A stretch of DNA of 64,000 nucleotides from Polaromonas sp. (GTDB taxonomy: Bacteria; Pseudomonadota; Gammaproteobacteria; Burkholderiales; Burkholderiaceae_C), in assembly GCA_031396485.1 (NCBI GenBank), contig JANNKV010000067.1, positions 11,493-75,492 on the forward strand, written 5' to 3'. Below are positions 62,992-64,000 of the stretch, piece after piece; the stretch's first letter is position 1, and each line of letters opens with the position of its first letter. The notes under the pieces were generated by a model. The model saw only the letters and a program-made list of their open reading frames with translations. It ran no database searches and had not been told where the DNA came from. Position numbers and translations under genes: made by a program.

Positions 62992-63429
62992 ATGTTCAAG
63001 CATATTCTCATCCCCACCGATGGTTCTGATCTGTCGAAGATCGCGATTGAAAATGGCGTGAAGTTTGCCAAGGAACTCAACGCCAGAATCACCGGCCTGA
63101 CCGTTACCGCGCCGTTTCACTACTTCGCGATTGATGCCATACAGGTCGGCAGTTCGTCCGATGACTACCTTCGCCATGCCGACGAGCAGGCAGAACGCCA
63201 CTTGCAGGTGCTGAAAGACGCCGCTGGCAAGGCCGGCGTATCTTGCGAGGTGATGCACCGCATCGGCGAGCATCCTTATGAAGAAATAGTGAAGGCCGCG
63301 CAAGAGCAGAACTGCGACGTGATCTTTCAGGCCTCCCACGGCCGGCGCGGTGTCGGTGCGCTGGTCCTGGGCAGCGAGACCAACAAGGTTTTGACGCACA
63401 GCAAGATTCCGGTACTGGTTTTTCGCTGA
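62992..63429 (+). CDS. universal stress protein (UspA family)
   Basis: AAGGAG RBS. MFKHILIPTDGS... and ASHGRRGVGALVLGSETNKVLTHSKIPVLVF. Confidence 0.9.
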   Translation: MFKHILIPTDGSDLSKIAIENGVKFAKELNARITGLTVTAPFHYFAIDAIQVGSSSDDYLRHADEQAERHLQVLKDAAGKAGVSCEVMHRIGEHPYEEIVKAAQEQNCDVIFQASHGRRGVGALVLGSETNKVLTHSKIPVLVFR

Positions 63430-63544
63430 ATGCTGGCGCTGATTTGAAAAACCCGGCGGTGTCACGGCCTGCCGGGATGCGTCTCTTGATGCGTCTGTTC
63501 GTGCGGCGGTCCAGGCGCAGCACGGGTAACAACTGTTTTATTCA

Positions 63545-63600
63545 CTATGCTTTTGATAGCTGCCCGCGCAGGTAACGCCTGGGCTGCAGGCATTTTTCAG
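63545..63600 (+). repeat. intergenic repeat family, copy 17
   Basis: CTATGCTTTTGATAGCTGCCCGCGCAGGTAACGCCTGGGCTGCAGGC. Confidence 0.85.
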
Positions 63601-63696
63601 CTGCGAAACCGCGTTGTGCTTCAATGGGATGTTCGGGGGACATCATCTCCGCCCCTCACGCAGCAGCCACCCGCCGCAATTTTTACCGGAACCCGC

Positions 63697-63954
63697 ATGC
63701 CTTTGCCCAACGCCCCCACCCGCAAGCACCAGAATAGCCCCGAGGCCAACCGCAAGCCGCCAATCAGCAACGAGCTGCTATTCAAGGGCATCCTGTGCAT
63801 GCTGATCGGCCTGGGTGTGTTGCTGTCACCGCACTTCATGACCTCGCCCGGCATGCAGGGCATCGTGGCCAACTCAAGCTGGGTGGGATGGTTCGCGCTG
63901 GTGCTCGGAGTCGCGTTCACCGGTCTTTATCTGCGCCGCCGGCTGGCGGGATGA
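63697..63954 (+). CDS. small two-TM hypothetical membrane protein
   Basis: 85 aa from MPLPNAP. Two hydrophobic helices. The longer ORF in the track starts inside repeat copy 17. Confidence 0.45.
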   Translation: MPLPNAPTRKHQNSPEANRKPPISNELLFKGILCMLIGLGVLLSPHFMTSPGMQGIVANSSWVGWFALVLGVAFTGLYLRRRLAG

Positions 63955-63987
63955 AGCCGGTCGCTTGACGCCAATGGCGCACTGGTC

Positions 63988-64000
63988 GCTATATTTTTAA
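63988..64000 (+). repeat. intergenic repeat family, copy 18 (cut by the window end)
   Basis: GCTATATTTTTAA matches the 5' end of the family (GCTA...TTTTAATAGCTG). Confidence 0.4.

Noticed and set aside
1-64000. tRNA, rRNA, tmRNA or other classical RNA genes.
   Set aside because: I found no stretch with tRNA-like conserved T-loop/D-loop features or rRNA-like conservation on reading either strand. A tRNAscan/Infernal run would be needed to be certain.

Overview
This is a high-GC segment (roughly 60-65% by eye) that looks like betaproteobacterial chromosome, probably Burkholderiales/Comamonadaceae; that assignment is inferred from gene content only. I can support about 70 protein genes. I saw no rRNA, tRNA or CRISPR. 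The ORF track accepts TTG/GTG starts and often over-extends N-termini through intergenic repeats, so I trimmed several starts to internal ATGs with Shine-Dalgarno motifs.

Layout:
- 1-6 kb: an accessory, defence-type patch. It holds a DUF2283+XRE pair, then a sharply AT-rich (about 35-40% GC) island of about 3.4 kb, then an RraA-family gene and an MntA/HepT toxin-antitoxin pair. The island carries a tightly packed four-gene operon: a Dam-type N6-adenine methyltransferase, a 329-aa HTH-fused protein, a 304-aa protein with a nucleoside 2-deoxyribosyltransferase/SLOG-like signature, and a 164-aa multi-TM protein. I cannot assign this operon to any named defence system; it is my top candidate for a new one.
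- 6.6-10.2 kb: an intermediate-GC two-lipoprotein cassette (GQSNM esterase plus M60-like HEXXH peptidase), bracketed by degenerate direct duplications.
- 11.3-14.5 kb: a xoxF-xoxJ-xoxG-like PQQ dehydrogenase cluster.
- 14.9-40.5 kb: mixed housekeeping and accessory genes (Mrr-type nuclease, TerB, M23 peptidase, ArsR/SRPBCC, phasin, EamA, radical SAM, BNR sialidase-like, FG-GAP, TrxC, K+ channel, GDSL, OmpW).
- 40.8-63.4 kb: a large stress/low-oxygen-type locus with a P-type ATPase, 3 USPs, SbtA-like permease, TerC/TerB, BI-1, HPF, NhaR-like LysR, ackA-maoC/pta-fabI-phaC, a truncated PPDK-like protein with an unknown partner, and 2 Hsp20s.

Repeats: an intergenic repeat of about 55-90 bp occurs at least 18 times, strongly biased to the + strand. 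There is also a 161-bp MITE (2 copies, one inserted into a repeat copy), a 78-bp hairpin repeat (2 copies), a 7-unit CCGGTAAT iteron array, and an 11-mer tandem repeat upstream of xoxF.
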